Below, piece by piece: positions 24,616 through 32,543 of a DNA stretch of 64,000 nt. Made by a program: the position numbers and the translations under genes. The notes under the pieces were generated by a model that saw only the letters and a list, made by a program, of their open reading frames with translations, did not search any database and was not told the origin of the DNA. Origin of the DNA: an uncultured Bacilli bacterium (GTDB taxonomy: Bacteria; Bacillota_I; Bacilli_A; RF39; UBA660); NCBI GenBank assembly GCA_934190785.1, contig CAKPTA010000002.1:59385-123384 (forward strand). The letters run 5' to 3'. The stretch's first letter is position 1; each line of letters begins with the position of its first letter.

Positions 24616-26718
24616 CTATTTTTTATTTAACATCTCTTCTATTTCTTTAACAAAAATTGAAGGATTGCCTCTTGGTGACATAATAAACACTTTTATTTTG
24701 GCTCGTGTCAAAGCTACATAAAATAATCGTCTCTCTTCAGCAAAAGGAAAACTATCATTTTTCGGTAAAACAAGATTTAAAATTTCATGGCCACTAATTT
24801 TAGATGGAAAGCCATCTATAGAATCACTTACATTTATTAAAAATACATAATCAAACTCTAACCCTTTAGATTTATGTACAGTTAAATATGGTATTACTTC
24901 CTTATATTTTTTATCTATCACATTATTTTTATTAACACCAAAAACACTACTATTTAATAAATGTATATCTTTATTATTTCTTCCTAATATAATTTTACTT
25001 TTTCCTGTGGATAAATTCCTATTTATATTATATAATTCTGTGGATAAATCATCATAATAACAAATTTCAATAGGTTTATGAACATGTTTGTTTGCTTTTA
25101 ACTGTTTTTTTATTTGATTTGGATTTTTCATCACGAAAGATCCTGCTACATTTATTAATTCTTGACTATTTCTATATGTATTATTTATGTACGACAAAGA
25201 AGCATTAGGAAAATATGTGGAAAAGTTTATAAAAAGAGCTATATCACATCCACTAAAACGATAAATTGATTGAAAGTCATCCCCTACTGCTACTAATTTA
25301 GCATTTGTCTCTTTAATTATATTGTGGATAAGTGAATACCTAACCATTGATGTATCTTGAAATTCATCAATTATTATATATTTATACATTTTATAATTGT
25401 AATTATTAGAAGTGAGTTCTATTGCCTTTATTAATAAATCATTAACGTCTAATAAATTATTATTATTTAATGCTTCTTGGTATAAAAAATATACTTTCTT
25501 AAATATGTAGAAAAAATAATAATTCACTGTATTTTTCTTTATTTTAGCCTCTATTTCATTTATACTTTTTCCACTAGATTTATAAATATTAATAAAATTT
25601 ACTAATAAATTCTTTAATGAAATTAAATAATCATTATTATTATAAAGCATATCCATATATATTTTTTCATATGAACTAGTCATTATTTCACGTCCAAGTA
25701 AATGTTTTAACGCTATATAAAAGCCATCATAATAAATCATACATTTGTATAAACTTTTATATTTTTTATTTTCATCAATGCACATAAGTGCATACAATGG
25801 ATTTTTAAAGTGATAATAATAGATACAATCACCTTTAATTTTGAATATTCCACCAAATGAAGTTTCTATATAACTATAATCAAATTCCATCAAATACAAT
25901 ATATTAGCAATTTCTTTTTCTTCTTTTGTTTTGATATTATCAGTTAATCCTATAGATATTTCTCTTAACGTCTTATAAGTCTCTATTTTATAATACCCCT
26001 TTATTTCTACAAATTCATTTAAATATTTCATAACACAAATAATATCTTTTTTATTTAAATTTCGAAAATATTCATCTACTATTTTTTCTAATTCATTTTT
26101 TGTTATTTTATACTTCTTGTCATTATTTTTAATAATTTCGAGTCCTAGTTTATGAAAGGTCATAACATCTATATTGTAACCATATAATTTTTTTAATTTT
26201 TGTTTTAAACTTTTAGTTGCCTCATTTGTAAAAGATATACATAAAATTTCATTTTCTTTTATATATTGTTTTTGAATTAAATAATGAATTTTACCAATAA
26301 TAGTTAAACTTTTTCCACTTCCTGCACCAGCAATTACAAGGCTATTATCTTCGTCCTTTAAAACAGCCATTCTCTGATTTAAATCCAGTGGAAAACCTCC
26401 TATATTATTAAAAAACTTCTCATTAATTTTATCTTCCAATAATAAGTATTCATTATTATAATTATCAACTATAATATCAATATTTTTATAACTATATAAA
26501 AATTTATGATATATAATTCTTTTTATAAAGCTTTTCCTTACACATAAATATGTAGCCAAATAATCTTGTTTTAATTCATTTTTAATCCTAATTGATATAT
26601 ATTTATTCTTTATTTCTTTCATTTTTTTATTATATAATTTAACACTTATTTTAATTTTTCTATAATTACTTTTCTTTCGCATAAAAGATATAATACTATA
26701 ACAACCAATTATATGCAT
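24616..26718 (-). CDS. UvrD-family helicase, helicase IV (HelD)-like
   Basis: Motifs AGAGSGKS, IIIDEFQDTS, VGDDFQSIYRFSG, TVHKSKGLEFDYVFL and RRLFYVALTRAK. Start codon uncertain: no clear SD at 26718. Confidence 0.8.
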   Translation of the reverse strand: MHIIGCYSIISFMRKKSNYRKIKISVKLYNKKMKEIKNKYISIRIKNELKQDYLATYLCVRKSFIKRIIYHKFLYSYKNIDIIVDNYNNEYLLLEDKINEKFFNNIGGFPLDLNQRMAVLKDEDNSLVIAGAGSGKSLTIIGKIHYLIQKQYIKENEILCISFTNEATKSLKQKLKKLYGYNIDVMTFHKLGLEIIKNNDKKYKITKNELEKIVDEYFRNLNKKDIICVMKYLNEFVEIKGYYKIETYKTLREISIGLTDNIKTKEEKEIANILYLMEFDYSYIETSFGGIFKIKGDCIYYYHFKNPLYALMCIDENKKYKSLYKCMIYYDGFYIALKHLLGREIMTSSYEKIYMDMLYNNNDYLISLKNLLVNFINIYKSSGKSINEIEAKIKKNTVNYYFFYIFKKVYFLYQEALNNNNLLDVNDLLIKAIELTSNNYNYKMYKYIIIDEFQDTSMVRYSLIHNIIKETNAKLVAVGDDFQSIYRFSGCDIALFINFSTYFPNASLSYINNTYRNSQELINVAGSFVMKNPNQIKKQLKANKHVHKPIEICYYDDLSTELYNINRNLSTGKSKIILGRNNKDIHLLNSSVFGVNKNNVIDKKYKEVIPYLTVHKSKGLEFDYVFLINVSDSIDGFPSKISGHEILNLVLPKNDSFPFAEERRLFYVALTRAKIKVFIMSPRGNPSIFVKEIEEMLNKK

Positions 26719-26796
26719 TAATTTTCATTCGACATTTTTCACATTATTGTTGATTTTAATTACCAATATACTATATAATCTAATAGTAGAATAGGA

Positions 26797-27429
26797 ATGA
26801 TTAAAATGTTAGTAAAAGAAATGAAATTTAGGGATATTGATAAACATTACTTTTTTATAGAAAATATTAATTGTGTAAAAAAAATATACAAAAAACTTCA
26901 TTTAAAAAAAGAAATACATCCTATCCTTGTATATGGTTTTATTGATCACGAAAAAGGAATTACCTTTCGTATTTTAGGAAATGTAATTATTGAAAATGAT
27001 ATATCTAAATTAGAAGATGAGTTTATAAAAAACACCTATATTCTTGAATATGATTTTTTAGAAAATTATGATATGAAGGAAGTCCCAGAAAATGTAGCTT
27101 TTAAAATTGTTGGAGTTTCAGCTATTGAAAATGAAATAGATTCTAACTATAAAAATACAGGTCTATTAAAAAGTAGAAATAATGAGCAACTTGATCAATA
27201 TAGAGATATCAGATTAATTGATGATGTTCAATTTTTACTTTTAAGTCGTGAAGCACAAGAAGAAGATGTATGGGCTAGAATTGATGAAGAGGAAGAGAAT
27301 GGTCTACTTAAGTGTACATTATTAGACGATGTAAATTCTAAATTTAATTTAAAGAAAAATGATAAAATATATATTAAATATGTTGAACATCCAAAATATA
27401 AAGGTTTAATGTTTGTTCGTAAAATATAA
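26797..27429 (+). CDS. hypothetical acidic protein
   Basis: 210-aa ORF divergent from the helicase gene. No motif recognised. Alternative ATG at 26806 follows an AGGA SD. Confidence 0.45.
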   Translation: MIKMLVKEMKFRDIDKHYFFIENINCVKKIYKKLHLKKEIHPILVYGFIDHEKGITFRILGNVIIENDISKLEDEFIKNTYILEYDFLENYDMKEVPENVAFKIVGVSAIENEIDSNYKNTGLLKSRNNEQLDQYRDIRLIDDVQFLLLSREAQEEDVWARIDEEEENGLLKCTLLDDVNSKFNLKKNDKIYIKYVEHPKYKGLMFVRKI

Positions 27430-27497
27430 TCCTATATGGATTTTTTTATTATATTTTTTTATAAAACATATAATTAAATAGTAAAAGGAGGAGTATT

Positions 27498-27794
27498 ATG
27501 CGTCTTATACCTAATGTTTCTCCCAAATCTTTTACATTTAGTGCTGTTATAATTGGTTATTTGCTTATTGATGATACTACAGCAAATGAACAAAATGCCT
27601 TAGGAAACTGGCTTATGTTAATAGCACAAGTTTTATGTACCAATGCTTATTTTAAACAAGTACAACAAGAAAGAGGAATTGATACTAGCGGCCAAAGCCA
27701 AACAGCCATGAATAATGAAGAAACAATTGCTATGATGCAAAAAATGATAAATGCTATAAATAAAGAAATAGAAGAATTAAAAAAGCAGCTTTAG
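27498..27794 (+). CDS. hypothetical small protein with hydrophobic N-half and coiled-coil C-half
   Basis: Strong SD AAAGGAGGAG. FTFSAVIIGYLLI and WLMLIAQVLC hydrophobic stretches. Family not recognised. Confidence 0.5.
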   Translation: MRLIPNVSPKSFTFSAVIIGYLLIDDTTANEQNALGNWLMLIAQVLCTNAYFKQVQQERGIDTSGQSQTAMNNEETIAMMQKMINAINKEIEELKKQL

Positions 27795-27797
27795 CTG

Positions 27798-28421
27798 CTA
27801 ATCATATTTATGCACAATTTCATTTAATTGATTCATACGATTGTCTAATGCTTTAATTGCTAGAGAACATGCATATAAATCATTTTGAACATCTTTAGGT
27901 GTTTCTAAAAATTTATAGTGAATTTTATGGTCAATACTTGCCCAGAAATCCATTGCAATAGTACGAACTTGAATTTCTGCTTCTATATATTCTGTATCTT
28001 TATTTAAATATACAGGCACATTAACAATTAAATGATAACTTATATATCCTGTTTCTTTAGGAGTTTCAATATAATCTTTTTCTGCAACAATTTCAAATTG
28101 TCCAGAATTTTTAATTAAATCTACTATTTCATATACATCTGACAAGAATGAACATACAATTCTTATTCCAACAATATCATGAACATGTGATTTTAAATTT
28201 TCAAGAGAATATTCATAACCTTTTCTTTTCAATTTATCACGAATACTTTCATCTGATTTAATTCTAGATTTAACATGTTCAATAGGATTATAGTGATTTT
28301 TATATTCGAACTCTTTTATTAAAACACTAAGTTGTGCTTCTAGTAATTGTTTTGCAAATTCGTTCTTTAACATAAATTCGCTTATTTTATCATCTTTATT
28401 AAATTCTGAGGATAAATCCAT
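27798..28421 (-). CDS. small alarmone synthetase (RelQ/RelP-type GTP pyrophosphokinase)
   Basis: RelA/SpoT synthetase motifs HDIVGIRIVC, YISYHLIV and EIQVRTIAMDFWASIDHKIHYK. About 200 aa, single domain. Confidence 0.9.
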   Translation of the reverse strand: MDLSSEFNKDDKISEFMLKNEFAKQLLEAQLSVLIKEFEYKNHYNPIEHVKSRIKSDESIRDKLKRKGYEYSLENLKSHVHDIVGIRIVCSFLSDVYEIVDLIKNSGQFEIVAEKDYIETPKETGYISYHLIVNVPVYLNKDTEYIEAEIQVRTIAMDFWASIDHKIHYKFLETPKDVQNDLYACSLAIKALDNRMNQLNEIVHKYD

Positions 28422-28441
28422 ACTATTACCTCCTTTCTAGG

Positions 28442-28468
28442 AAAAAATAAATCCTTAAACAAGGATTT
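28442..28468 (-). terminator. weak rho-independent terminator between the adhesin gene and the relQ SD
   Basis: AAATCCTT-GTTT-AAGGATTT followed by ATTTTTT. Only 2 GC pairs in the stem. Confidence 0.5.
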
Positions 28469-28487
28469 ACTAAATTTTGTATCACTG

Positions 28488-28516
28488 ATTATAACACATA
28501 AAATAAGATAATGCAA
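28488..28516 (-). promoter_or_regulatory. near-consensus promoter TTGCAT-17-TATAAT (TG-extended)
   Basis: Reverse strand: -35 directly after the adhesin stop codon, -10 at 28488-28493. It lies upstream of the hairpin at 28449-28468. Confidence 0.6.
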
Positions 28517-28517
28517 A

Positions 28518-30494
28518 TTAACAATTTTTATATTTATGAATCCCCAGAAATAAACATATACACATAATTATATTCAAATACAAAATATTATATTCTTTTC
28601 CTATAAAAGTATCTGGATTATTCACAACTTCTTCCTTAAAATTATTAGAGTTTTTATCTGATGTTGAATCCTTATTATCTTCTGGTTGCAAATTAGGAAC
28701 ATCTGATTCATCCTTTTTATCTATTTCATCGAAAATATTATTATCTTTTTCATTTATATTTGGTGTATCATCTTCATCATTATTTTTCTCATCTGTTTTT
28801 TCTTGATTATTATTAGAATTATTAACTTTCTTATTTTCAAATCTATATGTAGTACTCTTCTTTGACACATTAATTTCTTTTGGTATTTCATCTAATACAT
28901 ATCCCTCCGGTGCTTTAACTTCTGTTAAAATATAATTACCATAAGGTATATCCTTTAAAGTAATTTTCCCGGTTTTATTTTTTAAATATATAGAATAAGA
29001 ATAATTAATTCCTTTTAAAATAAACTCTGCATTCGAAAGTAATGTACTACCATCTACTTTTTTTATTATTAAATTTCCTTTCTTTAATTTATTGTAAAAA
29101 CTATAGTATAAATTTTCATCACTATCAAATATAACTTCTGTTATTGAAGGCGATAAAATATAATCATCTGGACATATTATTTCCTTTAAATAATATTTGC
29201 CATAAGGAATTCCACTTATACTTCCAAATCCATTTTCAATATTTATTTCAGCTATTAATTCATCTTTATGATATAAAATATTTAAATCGTTAGATACTAT
29301 ATCTTCTAGGGCATACAATCCATATTTTACTCCACTCATATCTTCATATATATAACTACCTGTTATATTATCATTTTCATTTTCAAAACCACTAAATACT
29401 TCACCCTTCTTAGTAATATTAATATTAAATAAATAAGGTTCATTATATATATCAACATCTGTGATATCTCCATGATACTCATATATATTAAAAGTTAAAT
29501 AATCATTTAATTTTCTATATCCTAGTGGTGACTCTATCTCTTCAATGCGGTATTCACCTTCATCAAAGTAAATATTAGTTTCAAGTATTCCTGTTTTTCC
29601 GATAGTAAATATATCATTCCCATTTTCTACCATATATTTATTATTTTTTACATCAAATATTTTAATTTTTGTCTCGCGATTTTGTATAATACTTCCATTA
29701 CTAGAATCCTTTTTTATAAAACGTATTCTAGATAATGCCTTTACTTTATAAGTAATTTCAATTGTATCTTCCATTTTATTACTATAACCAAATGTTGCAA
29801 GAGCTTGAGAGTTATTACTATAATAAATATAACTTGACTCATAATTTAGAGGATACTTAGTTAAATTAATTTTTATAGTTCCTTTAGTATCCGCGTCTAA
29901 TATTAATTTATCATCTTCAATAACACCGAGCCACAAATCAGAACTATAATTATGTAATGTAGAATCGCTTATAACAACATTTTCTCCTACATAAGTTTCA
30001 ATATATGTTGGAATATTTGGAACAGCCAAATAATCATTAACTAACCTTAATATTTCATTTTTATAAACATCAATATCTATTACTGTTCCACCTTTTCCAT
30101 TTGTCCAATAAATTTCTCCTCCTGTTAAATATTCCCATATAAGCTCTTGAGTTGCCAAATAATAATTTTTATCAAAATGATCAGTATAATTATAACCAAA
30201 AAAGCTTACAACTTCTAAATAGTTTAACTTTTCTGAATTTATATTCAAAATACTAAAGTCATTAGAAGATGAATATACATTATTATTTAAAAGAATTGTT
30301 GGATCAAGACAATATGCTACTTTACCATTCACATATACTAGACCCTGTTTTCCTGTGTAAAAATCATTTCCAATTTTTCTATTTGAATAAATATTATCAA
30401 TGTAATCATATGCAACATTACTATCATTATCAGCTGCACTAACTCTTAAAATACCAAGCATAAAACACACAACAAACATTAAAATCTTTTTCAT
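28518..30494 (-). CDS. surface adhesin: signal peptide + thioester (TED) domain + three SpaA/CnaB-type domains + acidic linker + C-terminal anchor
   Basis: Signal peptide MKKILMFVVCFMLGILRVSA. AYCLD (Cys62) and ATQELIW (Gln116) match the TED motifs. GEYRIEEIESPLGY, GKYYLKEIICPDDY and GNYILTEVKAPEGY are CnaB/SpaA signatures. Hydrophobic tail plus HKYKNC. Confidence 0.8.
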   Translation of the reverse strand: MKKILMFVVCFMLGILRVSAADNDSNVAYDYIDNIYSNRKIGNDFYTGKQGLVYVNGKVAYCLDPTILLNNNVYSSSNDFSILNINSEKLNYLEVVSFFGYNYTDHFDKNYYLATQELIWEYLTGGEIYWTNGKGGTVIDIDVYKNEILRLVNDYLAVPNIPTYIETYVGENVVISDSTLHNYSSDLWLGVIEDDKLILDADTKGTIKINLTKYPLNYESSYIYYSNNSQALATFGYSNKMEDTIEITYKVKALSRIRFIKKDSSNGSIIQNRETKIKIFDVKNNKYMVENGNDIFTIGKTGILETNIYFDEGEYRIEEIESPLGYRKLNDYLTFNIYEYHGDITDVDIYNEPYLFNINITKKGEVFSGFENENDNITGSYIYEDMSGVKYGLYALEDIVSNDLNILYHKDELIAEINIENGFGSISGIPYGKYYLKEIICPDDYILSPSITEVIFDSDENLYYSFYNKLKKGNLIIKKVDGSTLLSNAEFILKGINYSYSIYLKNKTGKITLKDIPYGNYILTEVKAPEGYVLDEIPKEINVSKKSTTYRFENKKVNNSNNNQEKTDEKNNDEDDTPNINEKDNNIFDEIDKKDESDVPNLQPEDNKDSTSDKNSNNFKEEVVNNPDTFIGKEYNILYLNIIMCICLFLGIHKYKNC

Positions 30495-30515
30495 AATATC
30501 TCCTTTCGGGGATAT

Positions 30516-30544
30516 ACTATAAATTTAAGTGCAATGTAAGTCAA
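30516..30544 (-). promoter_or_regulatory. promoter TTGACT-17-TATAGT for the adhesin gene
   Basis: Reverse strand: -35 at 30539-30544, -10 at 30516-30521. Implies a very short leader. Confidence 0.55.
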
Positions 30545-30571
30545 AATACTAATTTTTATTTTTAGTACAAA

Positions 30572-30660
30572 ATCATTTACAAATATTTAAAATCTGATAT
30601 ACAAATTTTATATTTAAAGCTTTTGAAATATAAAAATTTCTAAATATTTGTAAAAATGAT
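30572..30660. repeat. 18/20-bp inverted repeat flanking a 51-bp spacer upstream of the adhesin promoter
   Basis: ATCATTTACAAATATTTA (30572-30589) versus TAAATATTTGTAAAAATGAT (30641-30660). The arms are identical apart from a 2-nt indel. Confidence 0.6.
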
Positions 30661-30680
30661 GCTTTCATATAAATTGATAC

Positions 30681-30705
30681 AAAAAAAGAACGCATTTCTG
30701 TGTTC
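30681..30705 (-). terminator. terminator-like hairpin about 300 nt downstream of tRNA-His
   Basis: Minus-sense GAACACA-GAAA-TGCGTTC (one mismatch) followed by T7. Confidence 0.45.
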
Positions 30706-31007
30706 AATTAAATAAATTTAACTATTTTAGAATGTATAAGTTTCATTTATTTTAATTTTTCATTTTAAAATATACTACTTATTTGACATTCCAATTTTTG
30801 CCTAAAGTTAAAGATAAAATTTTTACTTGTTATTTAGATTTTTCTGAAGATTCTTCCTCAGATATAAAAAAATCCATTCTGTCTCATCTTAACAATACTT
30901 TGCTATATGATTTTTCATAAAACAAGCATCTTTAAAAAAAGTCCATAATACCAAGTATTACGAACTTTTACTTATTTAACACACAAAGGTGTGTGTAAAT
31001 CTCAATA

Positions 31008-31084
31008 TGGGGCGCGGTGTGGGAATCGAACCCACGCATAATGGAACCACAATCCACCGTGTTAACCACTTCACCAACCACGCC
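31008..31084 (-). tRNA. tRNA-His (GTG anticodon) with encoded G-1 and CCA
   Basis: Hand-folded cloverleaf. Acceptor GCGTGGT/ACCGCGC with an extra 5' G opposite C73; anticodon arm GTGGA-TTGTGGT-TCCAT; T arm GTGGG-TTCGATT-CCCAC; 3' CCA. Confidence 0.9.
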
Positions 31085-31107
31085 ATGTAACATAAGTTAC
31101 ATTTAAT

Positions 31108-31135
31108 ATTTTATCATAAATTAATTATTTTGCAA
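31108..31135 (-). promoter_or_regulatory. promoter TTGCAA-16-TAAAAT (TG-extended) for tRNA-His
   Basis: Reverse strand: -35 at 31130-31135, -10 at 31108-31113. Confidence 0.55.
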
Positions 31136-31140
31136 GTCTT

Positions 31141-31842
31141 TTATTTATATTTCAAGTTAAAAAGATTAGAAACTAAATCAAGTTCCACGTCATTATCAAA
31201 TATAATTAGGCGATTTCTTTTGTTATATATTTTTATTCGAGTTTGATTTACAATACATGCACGGTGAGAATATATAAATCTATCATCCAATAATTCGTAT
31301 AATTCTACCAAGGTATTACTTACAACATATTCATTAGTTGATGTTTTTATCGTACATTTTCTATCTTTATCTCTTTTTATATATAAAATATCATTAGCGC
31401 TCAAAGTATAAAGTATACCTTGACTCTTAAAACGAATAATATTTTTCTTTTGAATATTTGAAATTGCATATTCTAATGTTTGAGATAATTCTTTTTTATA
31501 ATCATCTTTTTTATTTATAAAATCTAAAAACATAAACTTACTCTTTAAAATATCTTTAGTATATTTTTCATAATATGATGTTATAAATATAATCATACTA
31601 TTTATGTCAATATCTCTTATTTTTCTAGCAATATCTATACCAGAATTTTGATTTACTTCAATATCTAATATATATATTTTATATTCTAGATTTGAATAAA
31701 TTATTTTTATAAATTCATCATTATATTCATTAAATTCAAATTTATTATATAATTGATTATTATTAATCATAACACTATCTATAATATTTATTACCTCATC
31801 TATGAAGTATTTTTTATCATCACATACTATAAAATTTATCAT
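31141..31842 (-). CDS. orphan LytTR-family response regulator (paralog of 12307-13029)
   Basis: Same MINFIVCDD start (about 20 of the first 21 nt identical), IYILDIE receiver Asp, LytTR C-domain (ILYIKRDKDRKCTIKT..YSHRACIVN). No adjacent kinase. Confidence 0.85.
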   Translation of the reverse strand: MINFIVCDDKKYFIDEVINIIDSVMINNNQLYNKFEFNEYNDEFIKIIYSNLEYKIYILDIEVNQNSGIDIARKIRDIDINSMIIFITSYYEKYTKDILKSKFMFLDFINKKDDYKKELSQTLEYAISNIQKKNIIRFKSQGILYTLSANDILYIKRDKDRKCTIKTSTNEYVVSNTLVELYELLDDRFIYSHRACIVNQTRIKIYNKRNRLIIFDNDVELDLVSNLFNLKYK

Positions 31843-31858
31843 ACATCACACTACCCAA

Positions 31859-31888
31859 TTCTATTTTGTTTGCAGTTGGTAAATAGAA
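31859..31888 (-). promoter_or_regulatory. 8-bp dyad/hairpin upstream of the orphan regulator gene
   Basis: Minus-sense TTCTATTT-ACCAACTGCAAACA-AAATAGAA. The loop shares CTGCAAAC with the element at 13058-13084. Confidence 0.4.
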
Positions 31889-31953
31889 ATTTTAATAAAA
31901 AAAAGTTTTATATTTATCACTGTTTTATTTTTTTCAAATATTTTTATACTCAT
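31861..31953 (-). CDS. possible 30-codon small ORF upstream of the orphan LytTR regulator
   Basis: AGGAGG at 31959-31964, 4 nt before ATG 31953. Encodes MSIKIFEKNKTVINIKLFFIKISIYQLQTK. No family recognised and the SD spacing is short. Confidence 0.3.
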   Translation of the reverse strand: MSIKIFEKNKTVINIKLFFIKISIYQLQTK

Positions 31954-32099
31954 ACTGCCTCCTAGACTATATTCTCTCATATTTTTCTTTATATGTTATC
32001 TTTTTTGTTTAAAATTATAAAAATAAAGTTCGAAAACATATAGACAAATACCCTTACCTTATGTGTATTTTACCATATCATATACCGAGGAGGATTAAT

Positions 32100-32534
32100 A
32101 TGTATAATTATCAAAAAAACTTAGATTATTATAATTATGAAAATAATAATTATAATCAACCACTTTTTTCTAAAAATGAAAACCCAAATAGCTTATATGA
32201 TCCTTATAATGGATTTATAAGCGGAAATATGTTTCCAAGTCTTTATAATGGTTATAAAATAGACCCTGTTATGCTTGATGCGAATAGTGAACAAATGAGA
32301 ATGTTAATCATGCTCGATTCACTATGTTTTGCTAAAACTGACTTAAATCTATATCTTGATATTTATTCAAATGATAAAGATATAATTAATTTATTTAATC
32401 AATATGTTAATGAAACAGATAAATTACTTACTGAATACGAAAATAAATATGGTCCTATTTTTGTTGATAGCAAAGCAAATATGACTTATCCATGGGCATG
32501 GGATAACTCTCCTTGGCCTTGGGAAAATAATTAG
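32100..32534 (+). CDS. cotJB: spore coat protein CotJB with CotJA-like N-terminal segment
   Basis: SD GAGGAGG. CotJB signatures LNLYLDIYSNDKD and C-terminal SPWPWE. N-terminal YNGFISGNMFPSLYNGY resembles the CotJA GT(I/L)FPxL motif. Confidence 0.75.
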   Translation: MYNYQKNLDYYNYENNNYNQPLFSKNENPNSLYDPYNGFISGNMFPSLYNGYKIDPVMLDANSEQMRMLIMLDSLCFAKTDLNLYLDIYSNDKDIINLFNQYVNETDKLLTEYENKYGPIFVDSKANMTYPWAWDNSPWPWENN

Positions 32535-32543
32535 GAGGTTAAT

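Noticed and set aside
30496-30515. Hairpin ATATCCCC-GAAA-GGAGATAT that would sequester the adhesin SD (a thermometer-like element).
   Set aside because: The best promoter (TTGACT-17-TATAGT, -10 at 30516-30521) places the TSS inside the 5' arm, so the stem would not be fully transcribed. It may instead be a DNA palindrome at the TSS. This cannot be resolved without TSS mapping.
30706-31007. Small ORFs in the tRNA-His/adhesin spacer, for example a 12-codon minus-strand MKLIHSKIVKFI. A 19-codon plus-strand MMLSYKLIQKKNAFLCSIK lies at 30657-30716, just upstream of and overlapping the spacer's start.
   Set aside because: No SD sequences and no recognisable peptide features.
32074-32082. CATATCATA resembling a sigma-K -10 (CATAnnnTA) upstream of cotJB, and CATATAGA at 32035-32042 resembling a sigma-E -10.
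   Set aside because: The first is only about 5 nt from the SD, leaving no room for a leader. Neither has a convincing matching -35, and AT-rich DNA yields such matches by chance.
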